From: Malacoraja senta
Taxonomy: Eukaryota
Length of the DNA: 60,000 nucleotides
NCBI GenBank assembly: GCA_038087875.1
Contig: CM075992.1
Location: 5,892,001-5,952,000 of the forward strand
Direction of reading: 5' to 3'
Positions 39,901 to 48,978 of the stretch are shown one piece after another. The number at the start of each line of letters is the position of its first letter. Positions within the stretch are counted from its first letter, which is position 1. The notes beneath the pieces are model-generated. The model was not told where the DNA came from, searched no databases, and worked only from the letters and a program-made list of their open reading frames with translations. Position numbers and translations under genes: made by a program.

Positions 39901-40610
39901 TGTGCTCGCGCGCGTGCACGAGTGCGCGGGGCCGCGCCCAGGACGGGGGAGGGAAGGAGGCGCCGCCATTTTGTGGCGTTGAAGCGAGCGGGTTGTTGGA
40001 GGGAGGAGGGCGCGGGCCCTTTCCACTCACCGCCCTCCCGCTCGCTCGTAAACCCACTGAAAAACAGATAATATTAACACAACACGCAAATCTGGCCTAG
40101 AACCCGAACAGAGTTTTTATAAACGTTATTTAAACTTGAAAGTGATTTACTTAGCACGTGGAAAGCGCGCGCGCCACACACATTATAACACGAGTGTGGG
40201 GGGGGGGGGGGGGGTTCCTTTAATGAAAAGGAACTCGGCTTTCTCTTGAAAGTGCAATTTCCATGTATTTTAGTGTTTGCTTTTTACACGATAGGAGTAA
40301 AAAAGAAAAGGCGTTCACCCAAGAGTGAGTGAGCCAGGCTGGCGGGTAGATTGACAGCGGCAGCAGCCTAACGCATGAGGCGCTGGTGGCAACTCAACCC
40401 AGTCAGCGGGCGACATGGGGAAAGAAGGCCCGCCTGTAACTAAGGCTAACCTAGCCCCAAAAAAAGGATTTGCAGCGCACGGGGTGGGAGCGACATAGAA
40501 AGCAATACTGGCGAATAGTTGGCGATTGCACCACTGCGAGCTTTATGAGCGCATTGAAGAACAATTCCAGAAGAATCCCGATCAGACTAACCTCCGTAGC
40601 GACCGTCCAT
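9837..40610 (-). CDS. AKAP8L: AKAP8/AKAP8L-family protein, paralog B, 13 coding exons, 1944 nt / 647 aa
   Basis: All 12 introns are GT-AG and phases chain without a stop. Family motifs [67 protein letters not shown]8L versus AKAP8 orthology is not certain. Confidence 0.88.
10865..11800 (-). mobile_element. Older degraded CR1 3' fragment
   Basis: Remnants [44 protein letters not shown]. Confidence 0.8.
12000..12095 (-). CDS. AKAP8L: Paralog B exon 12 ([32 protein letters not shown])
   Basis: ctttctag|ATT...AAA|gtaag, 96 nt, phase 0-0. Confidence 0.9.
12222..12352 (-). CDS. AKAP8L: Paralog B exon 11, zinc finger 2 ([41 protein letters not shown])
   Basis: gctgtag|GT...AAA|gtaagt, 131 nt; AKAP95-type C2H2. 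Confidence 0.93.
13188..13293 (-). CDS. AKAP8L: Paralog B exon 10 ([15 protein letters not shown]...QHDVLQ)
   Basis: tttcag|GAA...CAG G|gtacgc, 106 nt. Confidence 0.88.
13392..14001. mobile_element. PIF/Harbinger-like MITE, 610 bp
   Basis: 16-bp TIR agggcctgtcccacta / tagtgggacaggccct, TTA on both flanks. Confidence 0.8.
15127..15268 (-). CDS. AKAP8L: Paralog B exon 9, zinc finger 1 ([29 protein letters not shown]...ADFLD)
   Basis: cttgcag|G ATA...GAT|gtatgt, 142 nt. Confidence 0.93.
15550..15960 (+). mobile_element. Degraded Penelope-like RT fragment with an inverted pLTR piece
   Basis: accatggat...tatacctccatcccccaccaggaa resembles 36214-36258 ([14 protein letters not shown]). Confidence 0.55.
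16141..16207 (-). CDS. AKAP8L: Paralog B exon 8 ([22 protein letters not shown])
   Basis: ttaaatag|TT CCA...GAG AG|gtaatg, 67 nt, phase 1-2. Confidence 0.87.
16299..17295 (+). mobile_element. Tc1/mariner remnant, 3'-truncated transposase pseudogene
   Basis: Starts TA|CAG; fragments [20 protein letters not shown] and [11 protein letters not shown] typical of Tc1 DDE transposases; frameshifted. Confidence 0.88.
17792..17834 (-). CDS. AKAP8L: Paralog B exon 7 ([14 protein letters not shown])
   Basis: cttttacag|GGT...CGC T|gtaagt, 43 nt; supplies the phase 0-1 needed to join exons 6 and 8. Confidence 0.8.
18619..19652. mobile_element. Non-autonomous DNA transposon (hAT-like), about 1.03 kb
   Basis: Imperfect TIR taggtatgttacaa / ttgtaacattgcta; direct repeat aacaatg at 18612-18618 and 19653-19659. 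Confidence 0.65.
19871..19899 (-). CDS. AKAP8L: Paralog B exon 6, micro-exon ([10 protein letters not shown])
   Basis: gttttttag|AA GAC...TCA|gtaagt, 29 nt, phase 1-0. Confidence 0.8.
20102..20317. mobile_element. Palindromic Penelope pLTR-derived element (older subfamily) with 15-bp TSD
   Basis: TSD tacatagcaacaaga at 20087-20101 and 20318-20332; two inverted arms plus the ttcgatttaaaccagcatctgcagtt tail. Confidence 0.85.
20775..20889 (-). CDS. AKAP8L: Paralog B exon 5 ([38 protein letters not shown]), NLS-like
   Basis: tcttatcag|AGA...GCT G|gtactg, 115 nt. Confidence 0.87.
21748..22210 (-). CDS. AKAP8L: Paralog B exon 4 ([10 protein letters not shown]...[11 protein letters not shown]...RTRG); may extend to 22294
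   Basis: ctttcag|G TTT...GGC|gtaagt, 463 nt, Y/G/R/S-rich. Confidence 0.92.
23074..23287 (-). CDS. AKAP8L: Paralog B exon 3 (YDGYDYNY...[20 protein letters not shown]...FNR)
   Basis: cctgttag|GG TAT...AAC AG|gtatct, 214 nt. Confidence 0.92.
23822..23869 (-). CDS. AKAP8L: Paralog B exon 2 ([16 protein letters not shown])
   Basis: ttcttttag|AG TAC...CAA G|gtgaat, 48 nt; same length as exon 2 of C. Confidence 0.85.
24808..26238 (-). mobile_element. Young CR1 LINE, 5'-truncated, RT frame uninterrupted
   Basis: ORF 24905..26188 nearly identical to 2327..3562; (ctatgttt)n tail. Confidence 0.95.
27600..28200 (+). mobile_element. Highly degraded Rex1/Babar 3' fragment
   Basis: Similar to 35100-35600 (caacaacattgccctcaatgtcagcaaaac, agcccagtccatca, gccaacataatcaggga). 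Confidence 0.55.
28203..29795 (-). mobile_element. CR1 LINE, second subfamily, frameshifted
   Basis: Fragments [49 protein letters not shown]. Confidence 0.92.
30040..30330. repeat. About 38-bp minisatellite followed by (TCTA/TCTG)n microsatellite
   Basis: Unit tctattactaaaactcacatcttgtttgtttctatcta, about 5 copies, then tetranucleotide repeats. Confidence 0.9.
30850..30985. repeat. (TG)n, (CA)n and (AT)n microsatellites
   Basis: Read directly from the sequence. Confidence 0.95.
34445..35865 (+). mobile_element. Rex1/Babar LINE, 5'-truncated RT, disrupted
   Basis: [48 protein letters not shown]; ends in a cttga-type tail. Confidence 0.9.
34667..34761 (-). mobile_element. Solo 95-bp Penelope pLTR arm with hammerhead core, inserted in Rex1
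   Basis: 14-bp TSD tgttattcattgac at 34653-34666 and 34762-34775. Confidence 0.88.
35866..38995 (+). mobile_element. Penelope-like element (RT, GIY-YIG, pLTR), degraded and interrupted by CR1
   Basis: [42 protein letters not shown] remnant near 38520-38610; pLTR hammerhead core at 38867-38894. Confidence 0.9.
37228..38431 (-). mobile_element. CR1 LINE nested in the Penelope element
   Basis: Same subfamily as 24808-26238; in-frame loss of [17 protein letters not shown] (reads SGV-LDEG). Confidence 0.93.
40592..40610 (-). CDS. AKAP8L: Paralog B exon 1 (MDGRYG-)
   Basis: cacaATG GAC GGT CGC TAC GGA G|gttagt, 19 nt, phase 1, in a CpG island; joins exon 2 in frame. Confidence 0.85.
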
Positions 40611-40639
40611 TGTGATCCCGCTTCAGCCAGGAACACTCG

Positions 40640-40800
40640 GGCCTCGGCGACGTCACATAAGCGTGGTTACGTCAGACGCATATTGGGGGCCGAACGGGTC
40701 ACGTGAGTCGTCGCCACCGTCGAGTGGTCACGTGGCCGCAATCAGTGCTATGGTCACGCGAGCTGCACTGTCGACCAAAGATGGCTACTGCGCTCTTTCC
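40640..40800 (-). promoter_or_regulatory. Paralog B proximal promoter with CRE-like and E-box sites
   Basis: gacgtcac 40649, ttacgtca 40667, ggtcacgtga 40697, ggtcacgtgg 40726, ggtcacgcga 40752, aagatggc near 40778. Confidence 0.65.
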
Positions 40801-41619
40801 CCACAAGGTCGGAAAGTCCACAATTGGTGGCTTAGAGTCTTAAAGTTTTGTAAATTCTTCTCATGGTCGGAAAATGTCTTGAACTAAATATATTATTAAT
40901 CATATTTCGCTTGGGCAGCTCACAGCCCAGTGGACTATGAATATATAGATTTCTCTAACCTTAGGTCACTTCGACAAACCCTTCCCTCTCCCCCATTAAG
41001 TCAGTTCACAACTATGTATCCCCCTTGGGCTCACACCTATCTCCAGCCAACAGTCAGTGTATCAGGAACCTCCTTGCCTGGGGTCATCTGTTGCTGGTCC
41101 TGATTTGTCCTGTTTTTCCCGCACTTCCAATTTTTTGCCCCACTCTCCCTACCACAGACCCCTGAAGAAGGGTCCTGATCCAAAACGTCACTTACCCATT
41201 TTCACCAGAGATGCTGCCTGACCTGCTGAGTTGGTCCAGCATTTTGTATCTATATTTAGCTTAAAAACAATAGTTGTCTCATTTGAAGTTGAGAGAAAAT
41301 TCTTCATACAGAAAGGTAAATCTTTGGAATTTTCTTTCTAAACACTTGGAGTTACAAGGATAAAATGGAAAAGTGGACCTGAGGTACAGAAGAGAGCAAG
41401 GCTAACCCAGCTTGCATTATTATGTTCTTAAAACATTCCTCTTTGTCAAGTAAGAATGTACATGGTACAATGGCGCATTTTTGCGATAAGGATGCAACGT
41501 AAATGAATGTTGTTTCAATTAAAGATTACAAAAGGTAGTGGACTCCACCCGGCCCATCGTGGGTACTGGCAATCACCTCCATTAAAGGGATCTATAGAAG
41601 GTGCTGCCTCAAAACCTCT

Positions 41620-42245
41620 AATTTACTCCAGCATTTTATGTCTATATCCAGAGATGCTGCCTGACCCGCTGAGTTACTGCAGCACTTTGTGTCTCTGTCC
41701 AGAGATGTTGCCTGACCCGCTGAGTTACTCCGGTGCTTTATGTCTATCTCCGTAGATGCTAGACACAAAAACGCAGGAGTAACGCAGCGGGACAGGCAGC
41801 ATCTCTGGAGAGAAGGAATGGGGGACGTTTTGGGTCGAGACCCTTCTTCGGACTCCAGAGCCCGCTGAGTCGATCTCCAGAGATGCTGCCTGACCCGCTG
41901 AATCCAACCTTAGCGATGCTGCCTGACCCGCTGAGTTCATCTCCAGAGATGCTGCCTGACCCGCTGAGTCCATCTCCAGAGATGCTGCCTGATCCAGGTA
42001 CACAAAAATGCTGGAGAAACTCAGCGGGTGCAGCAGCATCTATGGAGCAAAGGAAATAGGCAACGTTTCGGGCCGAAACCCTTCTTCGGCCCGAAACGTT
42101 GCCTATTTCCTTCGCTCCATAGATGCTGCTGCACCCGCTGAGTTTCTGCAGCATTTTTTGTGTACCTGGGATTTTCCAGCATCTGCAGTTCCTTCTTAAA
42201 CAAACTGTTGCCTGACCCGCTGAGTTACTCCAGCACTTTGTATCC
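41620..42245. repeat. pLTR-derived 51-bp and 33-bp tandem arrays plus a nested palindromic pLTR insertion (41998-42200)
   Basis: 33-bp unit cccgctgagtccatctccagagatgctgcctga at 41861, 41894, 41927 and 41960; 51-bp units at 41620-41755. Confidence 0.8.
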
Positions 42246-42299
42246 TTTCTTGATACAATGATGCCATTATGCAGATTAGACGCTGCAACGCATCTTGAA

Positions 42300-42444
42300 C
42301 GATGGTTGAAGCGGCCAATCAGAAATAAAAGGTCGGGCGCGTCGCCACAAAGGGCGGCCCAATGTGCGGCAGAGGGCGGTACTTCCGCTGCGAGGCCAGT
42401 CTCCGGGAGCGGGCGAGAGCCTTTTTGAATTTAACGAAATCAAA
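42300..42444 (+). promoter_or_regulatory. Paralog C proximal promoter / 5' UTR
   Basis: CCAAT at 42315 and 42359, GC box at 42374, ETS-type acttccg at 42381, CpG-rich. Confidence 0.65.
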
Positions 42445-42463
42445 ATGGATTCTTGGTACTCAG
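42445..42463 (+). CDS. AKAP8-family paralog C exon 1 (MDSWYS-)
   Basis: caaaATG GAT TCT TGG TAC TCA G|gtaaac, 19 nt, phase 1. Confidence 0.82.
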
Positions 42464-43571
42464 GTAAACTATGGAGCGCTTTTGTTTAACTTTTCAAAAG
42501 ATCCTCGTTCAGCTTTTGAGCCTCACTTCTGTTTAAATTGCGCTACTATAAGATACTGTTGTTTGGCGGCCGTGGAGGGGAGGGATGATTAAATAATTGT
42601 CCTTAATTTCCGCCTGGAACGCTTCGCTTTAACGTGAGACCAACCTAACTTGGCGGCACCGGATGTCCCGCCCCCTCTAATCTCATTGGCCAAGAGGCTG
42701 CAGGTCGCCTCAATGCCGACGTACCATTGGTCACTCCGCCTGGCAATCAAACCACTGCGTTAGGTTTACCGGAACTTGTGTCGTATCTTTAAACGGATTT
42801 CTTAATTAAGAGCTTCAGAAACCCATTAATCATAAATGTTATAATTTACTACGTTTTTTAAGCATTACACATACTCCTTCTCGAGCTAAATCGGTTGTTA
42901 TCAGTCGTCATGTTGATTTTGGTGATTGATTCTACAAATTGCTGCCTTTTTTTCCCGGCTGTGTGTACGATTTTCGGTGCCTTGTGTTGAAGGCGGAGTC
43001 CCGCCGCCGGTTCCACGCTCACATTGTGAGCGATGTGCGTTGTGAGTGTTAGGAGAGGGCATTTGTTTGAAACGGTTCAGGACGCCACAAAATGGCGGCA
43101 GCTGATCAGCGTGGATTGTTCGGGTCGCGCGCCCCCGGCTCGCGCTCGTGCGCGCCGCCGATGCTGGACGTGCGGGCCGCCGACGCCTGACGTGCGCGCG
43201 GACCCGGCTCCAACGCGAGCCCGCTTGGTTGGGATTCACCGTGGTTTAAGGTCCTGTCCCACTTTCACGACTTAATTCAAAACCTCTGCCGAGTTTAAAG
43301 GACCTAAAAAAAAAAATCAAGATCGTGGTAATCAAGAACTCCTACGACCTTCCACGACTATGTTCACGAACTCCTACGAGTATGTCTACGAATTCCCACA
43401 ACTATTTCGATGCCCTCCTTACGAGTAATAAGTTGCAATTTCTTTCATCCCGACCATTTTTTTTACTCGTGTACATTTTTTATCGGGCTGGAAAAAACGT
43501 CCCGACTTACCTGATGCCACGAGTACCTACGACTAGCATAACGAGCCGCTACGATATATCTACAAACTGCT

Positions 43572-44940
43572 CAAGATTCAAGAGAGTTTATTGTCATGTG
43601 TCCCAGATAGGACAATGAAATTCTTGCTTTGCTTCAGCACAACAGAATATAGTATGCATGAATACAGAACAGATCAGTGTGTCCATATACCATTATATAA
43701 AGGTACACAAAAATGCTGGAGAAACTCAGCGGGTGCAGCAGCATCTGTGGAGCGAAGGAAATAGGCAACGTTTCGGGCTGAAACCCTTCTTCAGACTGAT
43801 AGGGGGTGGGGAGGAAAAAGGAGGAGGAGGAGCCCGAGGGCTGAGGGAGAGATAGGAAGGGGAGGAGACAGCAGGGGCTAACAAAATTGGGAGAATTCAA
43901 TGTTCATGCCCCCAGGATGCAGACTCCCCAAGCATAATATGAGGTGCTGTTCCTCCAATTTCCGGTGTTGCTCGCTCTGGCCATGGAGGAGACACGGGAC
44001 AGAGAGGTCGGATACGGAATGGGAGGGGGAGTTGAAGTGCTGAGCCACCGGGAGGTCAGGTTGGTTATTGCGGACCGAGCGGAGGTGTTCGGCGAAACGA
44101 TCGCCAAGCCTCCGCTTGGTCTCACCGATGTCGATCAGCTGACATCTAGAGCAGCGGATGCAATAGATGAGGTTGGAGGAGATGCAGGTGAACCTCTGTC
44201 GCACCTGGAACGACTGCTTGGGTCCTTGAATGGAGTCGAGGGGGGAGGTAAAGCGACAAGTGTAGCATCTCTTGCGGTTGCAAGGGAAAGTGCCCGGGGA
44301 GGGGGTAGTACGGGAGGGAAGAGAAGAATTGACAAGTGAGTTACGGAGGGAGCGGTCTTTGTGGAAGGCAGACATGGGGGGAGATGGGAAGATGTGGCGA
44401 GTGGTGGGATCACGTTGGAGGTGGCGAAACTGACGGAGGATTACTTGTATGTGACGGCTGGTGGGGTGAAAGGTGAGGAAGAAGGGTTTCGGCCCGAAAC
44501 GTTGCCTATTTCCTTTGCTCCATAGATGCTGCTGCACCCGCTGAGTTTCTCCAGCATTTTTGTGTACCTTCGATTTTCCAGCATCTGCAGTTCCTTCTTA
44601 AATACCATTATATAAATATATACACACATGAATAAAATAACAGATAAAGTGCAAATATACAGATAATGGTCTATTAATGTTAAGAGTTTTGTTTGAGTTG
44701 AGTTGAATAGCCTGATGGCTGTGGGGAAGTAGTTATTCCTGAACCTGGTTGTTGCAGTCTTCAGGCTCCTGTACCTTCTACCTGAAGGTAGCAGGGAGAT
44801 GAGTGTGTGGCCAGGATGGTGTGGGTCCTTGATGATGCTGCCAGCCTTTTTGAGACAGCGACTGATAGATCCCCTCGATGGTAGGGAGGTCAGAGCCGAT
44901 GATGGACTGGGCAGTGTTTACTACTTTTTGTAGTCTTTTT
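43572..44940 (-). mobile_element. Rex1/Babar 3' fragment nested in the MITE
   Basis: Reverse complement matches the 35460-35700 coding end and the 35810-35865 tail. Confidence 0.75.
43702..44601 (-). mobile_element. Penelope-like 3' fragment with inverted pLTRs and 15-bp TSD
   Basis: GIY-YIG in ORF 43878..44537; TSD ataccattatataaa at 43687-43701 and 44602-44616. Confidence 0.92.
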
Positions 44941-46329
44941 TTTTGTCTTTTTGGAGCTCTCCTACGACCTCCTATGGACTAGTTACGAACATTCTGTGAG
45001 TTTGAATCAAGGGGAAACCTCGGGAGAATTAGTGAATTACCTCGTGAAAGTGGGACAGGCCCTTTACTTTACCGAAGTACAGTGAAAAGCGTTTGTGTAG
45101 GAAGGAACTGCAGAGTGTGGGTTTAAACCGGAGTATCTCAGCGGGTCAGGCAACATCTTCGGAGAAGATCACCTATTCCTTTTCTCCGGAGATCCTGTCT
45201 GACCCCGCTGACTTACTCTAGTTTTTTGTGTCTATTTTCAGTGGGAAGCTTTTGTTGTGTGCTAACCAGTCAACGGAAAGGCAACACATGGTTATAATGG
45301 AGTAGCTCAGCGGTATACCCTCACAGCGCCAGGTTCGATCCTGACCATGTAGGGAGTTTGCACGTTCTCCCCGTAAACGCGTAGGTTTTTCACCGGATGC
45401 TCCGGTTTCTTCCCACACTACAAAGACGAACAGATTTGTAGGTTAATTGGCTTTGGTAAAATTGTAAATTGCCCCGACTGTGTGTGTAGAATAGTGCATG
45501 GGGATCGCTGGACGGTGGGCAGAAGCATCTCTAAACTTAAACAATCGAAACATTCACAGTGTATATGGGAATAACATTTATCGCAAGATAAAGCCAATAA
45601 AGTCCAATTAAAGGGTCTCCCAATGAGATGGATAGTTGATCAGGGCTGCTCTCTAATTGTGGTAGGATTGTTCAGTTGTCTGATAATAGTTAGGAAGTGG
45701 AGAATGGACAGATCTGAGAGGAGATCATAGTTAAAGTAAGAAATGTTGCTGTAGGTGTAGAGATTTAAAAATGTGGAGCGATTGTAATGTGTGATTGTAG
45801 ATCTGCTTCTGTGACGAGCACACACATAGTCGCCTGGGTTAAGCGCCACCCAGTCATGTTTGAATCCTCACTTGACTTTCTGAAGATTGCGACCTAAATG
45901 TGAATTGCAATGGGGGTGAAATTGGCATGTATTTTCACCATCTTTTGCACACTGTTCCTCGGCCATTTAGTTATCCTTGACCTCACTATCAGCTCACCGC
46001 TCACCATCAGTGAGTGTGTATGATTGAATCATTTGTGACCTTATAGTTTGGGTATTAAATACAGGGCATTGTCCTCAAATGCTCATCCATAAACACTTTG
46101 TCCACTTGCCCCTCTCAATTTCCTAAGTTTCGTCAAGCGTTGGCCTCTACACATTGCCTGAGGAAACTTTCCTGAACATGTTTGACAAATTCTACCTCGT
46201 CTAAATCGTTTACACTGACATTCCCAGTAAAGTAAAGTCTGAAGAAGGGTCTCGACCTGAAACATCACCCTTTCCTTCCCTCCAGAGATGCTGCCTGTCC
46301 CGCTGAGTTACTCCAGCATTTTGTATCCC

Positions 46330-47300
46330 CGGTCAATATTGGGAAAGTTAGAATCCCTTATTACAAAAACCTTATTAATCCTGTAACTGGCTGCAATCTC
46401 CTGGCATATTTGCTCTTCTAATTCCTGTTGACTATTTGGGGACCTGTAGTACAGTCTCAACAAGGTCAACATCACGTTCTTATTTCTCAGCTCCACCCAT
46501 ATAGCATTGCTGGATGACCCATCAGTAATGTCATGTTTGACCACTGCCATGACATCCCTCTTTATCAATAAGGCAACACCCCCTCCTCTTTTACCCCCAC
46601 CTCTATCTCTCCTGAAGCATGTTCACTGTAACATTAAGCTGCCAGTCCTATCTCTCTCTCTCTCTCTCTCTTAACCAGATTTCTGCAATGGCTAATTCCA
46701 GTCGCACATATCTATCCACGCCCAGAGTTCATCTGCCTTACCCGTCGGGCCACTTGCATTAAAATAGATGTAAATTAAAACAGTCCTTCCATGCTCCCTG
46801 CCTTTCTCCTACCTATTCTCTTCGTAAAACATTCTTTCATTACCATCCATTATTGTCTTCCAGCCTTTCACCCACCTTTGTTCTGCATTTAATCCCACCC
46901 CCCTTCCAATCTAGGTTAAACCCAACCATGTTGCACTAGTGAACCTGCCTGCCAGGTTCCCCTCTGGTTAAGGTGCAACCCATCCCTCTTGTACAGGTCA
47001 TCTCTGCCTCCCGAAGAGATCCCAATGGACCAAAAATCGAAATCCATGCACCAACTCCTCAACCGCTCATTCGTCTCCCCCTATCTTTCTGATCTTACCC
47101 TTGCTAGCACGTGGCACGGGAAGCCACCCCCCCCCCCCCCTTGAGAATGTCATGCAGTTGCTCCAAGGCATCCTAGACCTTGGCACCAGGGCGGCAGCAC
47201 ACCATCCTGGAGTCTCGACTGCTGCCATAGGATCTCCTATCTACACCCCTAACTAGAGTCACTTACCACTATGGCTCTACCTGATGTTACACTTCCCTGC
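46330..47300 (-). mobile_element. Degraded CR1 fragment (endonuclease region and upstream)
   Basis: AIWVELRNK...YYRSPNSQQELEEQIC...NFPNID is typical of the CR1 APE domain. Confidence 0.7.
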
Positions 47301-47855
47301 TGAATCTGGAATGCATTGGCTAAGAAAGCAGTAAAATCATAAAAGAAAATTTGGTAAACCTTTTACTCAAAAAATTTAATGCAGTGGGAGAATATTCTTA
47401 TTGCTATTCTAGAATTCATTTTTAGCTATTTACACATGTGTTTAGGTTCTAAGAGCACTACAAATTAATTAAGTTTGAGAGGATACCAAATCTCTTTTAA
47501 TACTTGTAGATTTTCTTTCAGTGGATGCTCAGTCATTGAATGTATTCAAACTTGAGATCAGTATTTTGCACTCTTGTGGAATCTGAGTACATGATAGGAT
47601 ACCAGAGCTAAGGCCAAGGGCTTGATGGTCTGACCTGTGTGCCTGTTTCATAATTCAAAGATCCAGTTAGCTGACTTGGGATGTAGCAGTAATTGAGACG
47701 GGTTCAGTGTATAGTTAACAATTCAGCTAGGATGGAAATCAAGATCTGTATTGAATTAAAATTTCATCAACTTGCATGCATCATAAATTATCCACTACTT
47801 GCAAACCATAATATTGATTTGTTATTTAAATGTTCTTGGTTGTATTTTATTACAG

Positions 47856-47903
47856 GCTACGGAACTGGTGATTCTTGGAACACTGGAGCCACCAATTCGC
47901 AAG
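47856..47903 (+). CDS. Paralog C exon 2 (GYGTGDSWNTGATNSQ)
   Basis: ttattacag|GC TAC...CAA G|gtaaga, 48 nt. Confidence 0.87.
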
Positions 47904-48392
47904 GTAAGATAGGCCTTGGTTATAAGTCCTAAAATGGGTGTCCTTTGATACTGGTTAAATAAAATGTTTAGAACTTTTGGCTTCCAATTGACTCGTGCAT
48001 GCATGTTATGCTGCAAGTTCTTGTTCATGCTACTTACTGACTGTTAACTATGCGAGTAACTGATCTGCATGTTAGATGTTTTGAACATAGGAGTAGTTAA
48101 AATTTAGCTTAAACTACAGAAGCTAGGTGTGCATGCATGTATTAACATACTTATTGGGAAGCAGACATGTATATGTCTTTTGTATACAGTTTTTTTACGA
48201 GGATGTGGCCAGGACTGGAGGGATTCCTCCCACATCCCAGAGGCACCTACGTTTGTAGGTTAATTAGCCTCTGTAAATTGTCCCTAATGTGTAACGTGGG
48301 TGAGAAAGTTGGATAATAGAGATCTAATGTGATCGATAGTTGGTGTGGACTTGGTGGGCCGAAGGGCCTGTTTCCATGCTGTATCTCTAAAA

Positions 48393-48622
48393 CAAGGGTT
48401 CCCAACCTGGGGTAAATTTACCCCCGGGGAAAATTTTCGCCGACCCAGGGGGTAAATTTGGTGATTCCGGATTTGTACATTTTTTTGCTCATTGACTGAC
48501 TGTGTTTGGTTCCTGTACACCAGTATTTGTTCATCATTAGTTCATAAATAAGTGAAATAACATTGTTACGTGCTATTAAAGTTGTCAGGGGTAAACGGGA
48601 GGTAAAAGGTTGGGAACCCCTG
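48393..48622. mobile_element. hAT (Charlie-like) MITE, 230 bp, in a SINE tail
   Basis: TIR caagggttcccaacct / aggttgggaacccctg; 8-bp TSD ctctaaaa / ctctaaac. Confidence 0.82.
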
Positions 48623-48849
48623 CTCTAAACTAAACTAAAATTAATTAGGAAGTCTACCAGAATGTTGTATTTGCAAGAGATTGGAATTTAGAAGCTTCTG
48701 ACATATGGTGTACAGTTCATCGCCATATTTAAGGAACAATATGTTTGCATTGTGGGGGAGAAATAACTAGGATAATTGTTGAGATGAAAGGTCTTTCATG
48801 ATCATTCCGAAGAGATGATCGAGAAAAGTACAAGATTCTATGGGTGCTT

Positions 48850-48978
48850 CTTCTTCTTCTTGCGTATGGCGTGCACAGCCTAATGTTGTAGGACAACTGG
48901 TTCTATTTGATCTTATTTGATTGTGCACGCCGGGTTGATTGTATTCGTCGAAACAGGAAGGTTGCAGTCTTCCACCCC
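48850..48978 (-). mobile_element. Short non-autonomous retroelement with (GAA)n tail and 11-12 bp TSD
   Basis: TSD tatgggtgctt at 48839-48849 and 48979-48989; minus strand begins GGGGTGGAAGA and ends gcaagaagaagaag. Confidence 0.75.

Larger units (their letters stand above)
43249..45063. mobile_element. Harbinger-like MITE hosting nested Rex1 and Penelope insertions
   Basis: TIR aggtcctgtcccactttcacga / tcgtgaaagtgggacaggccct, TTA on both flanks. Confidence 0.8.
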
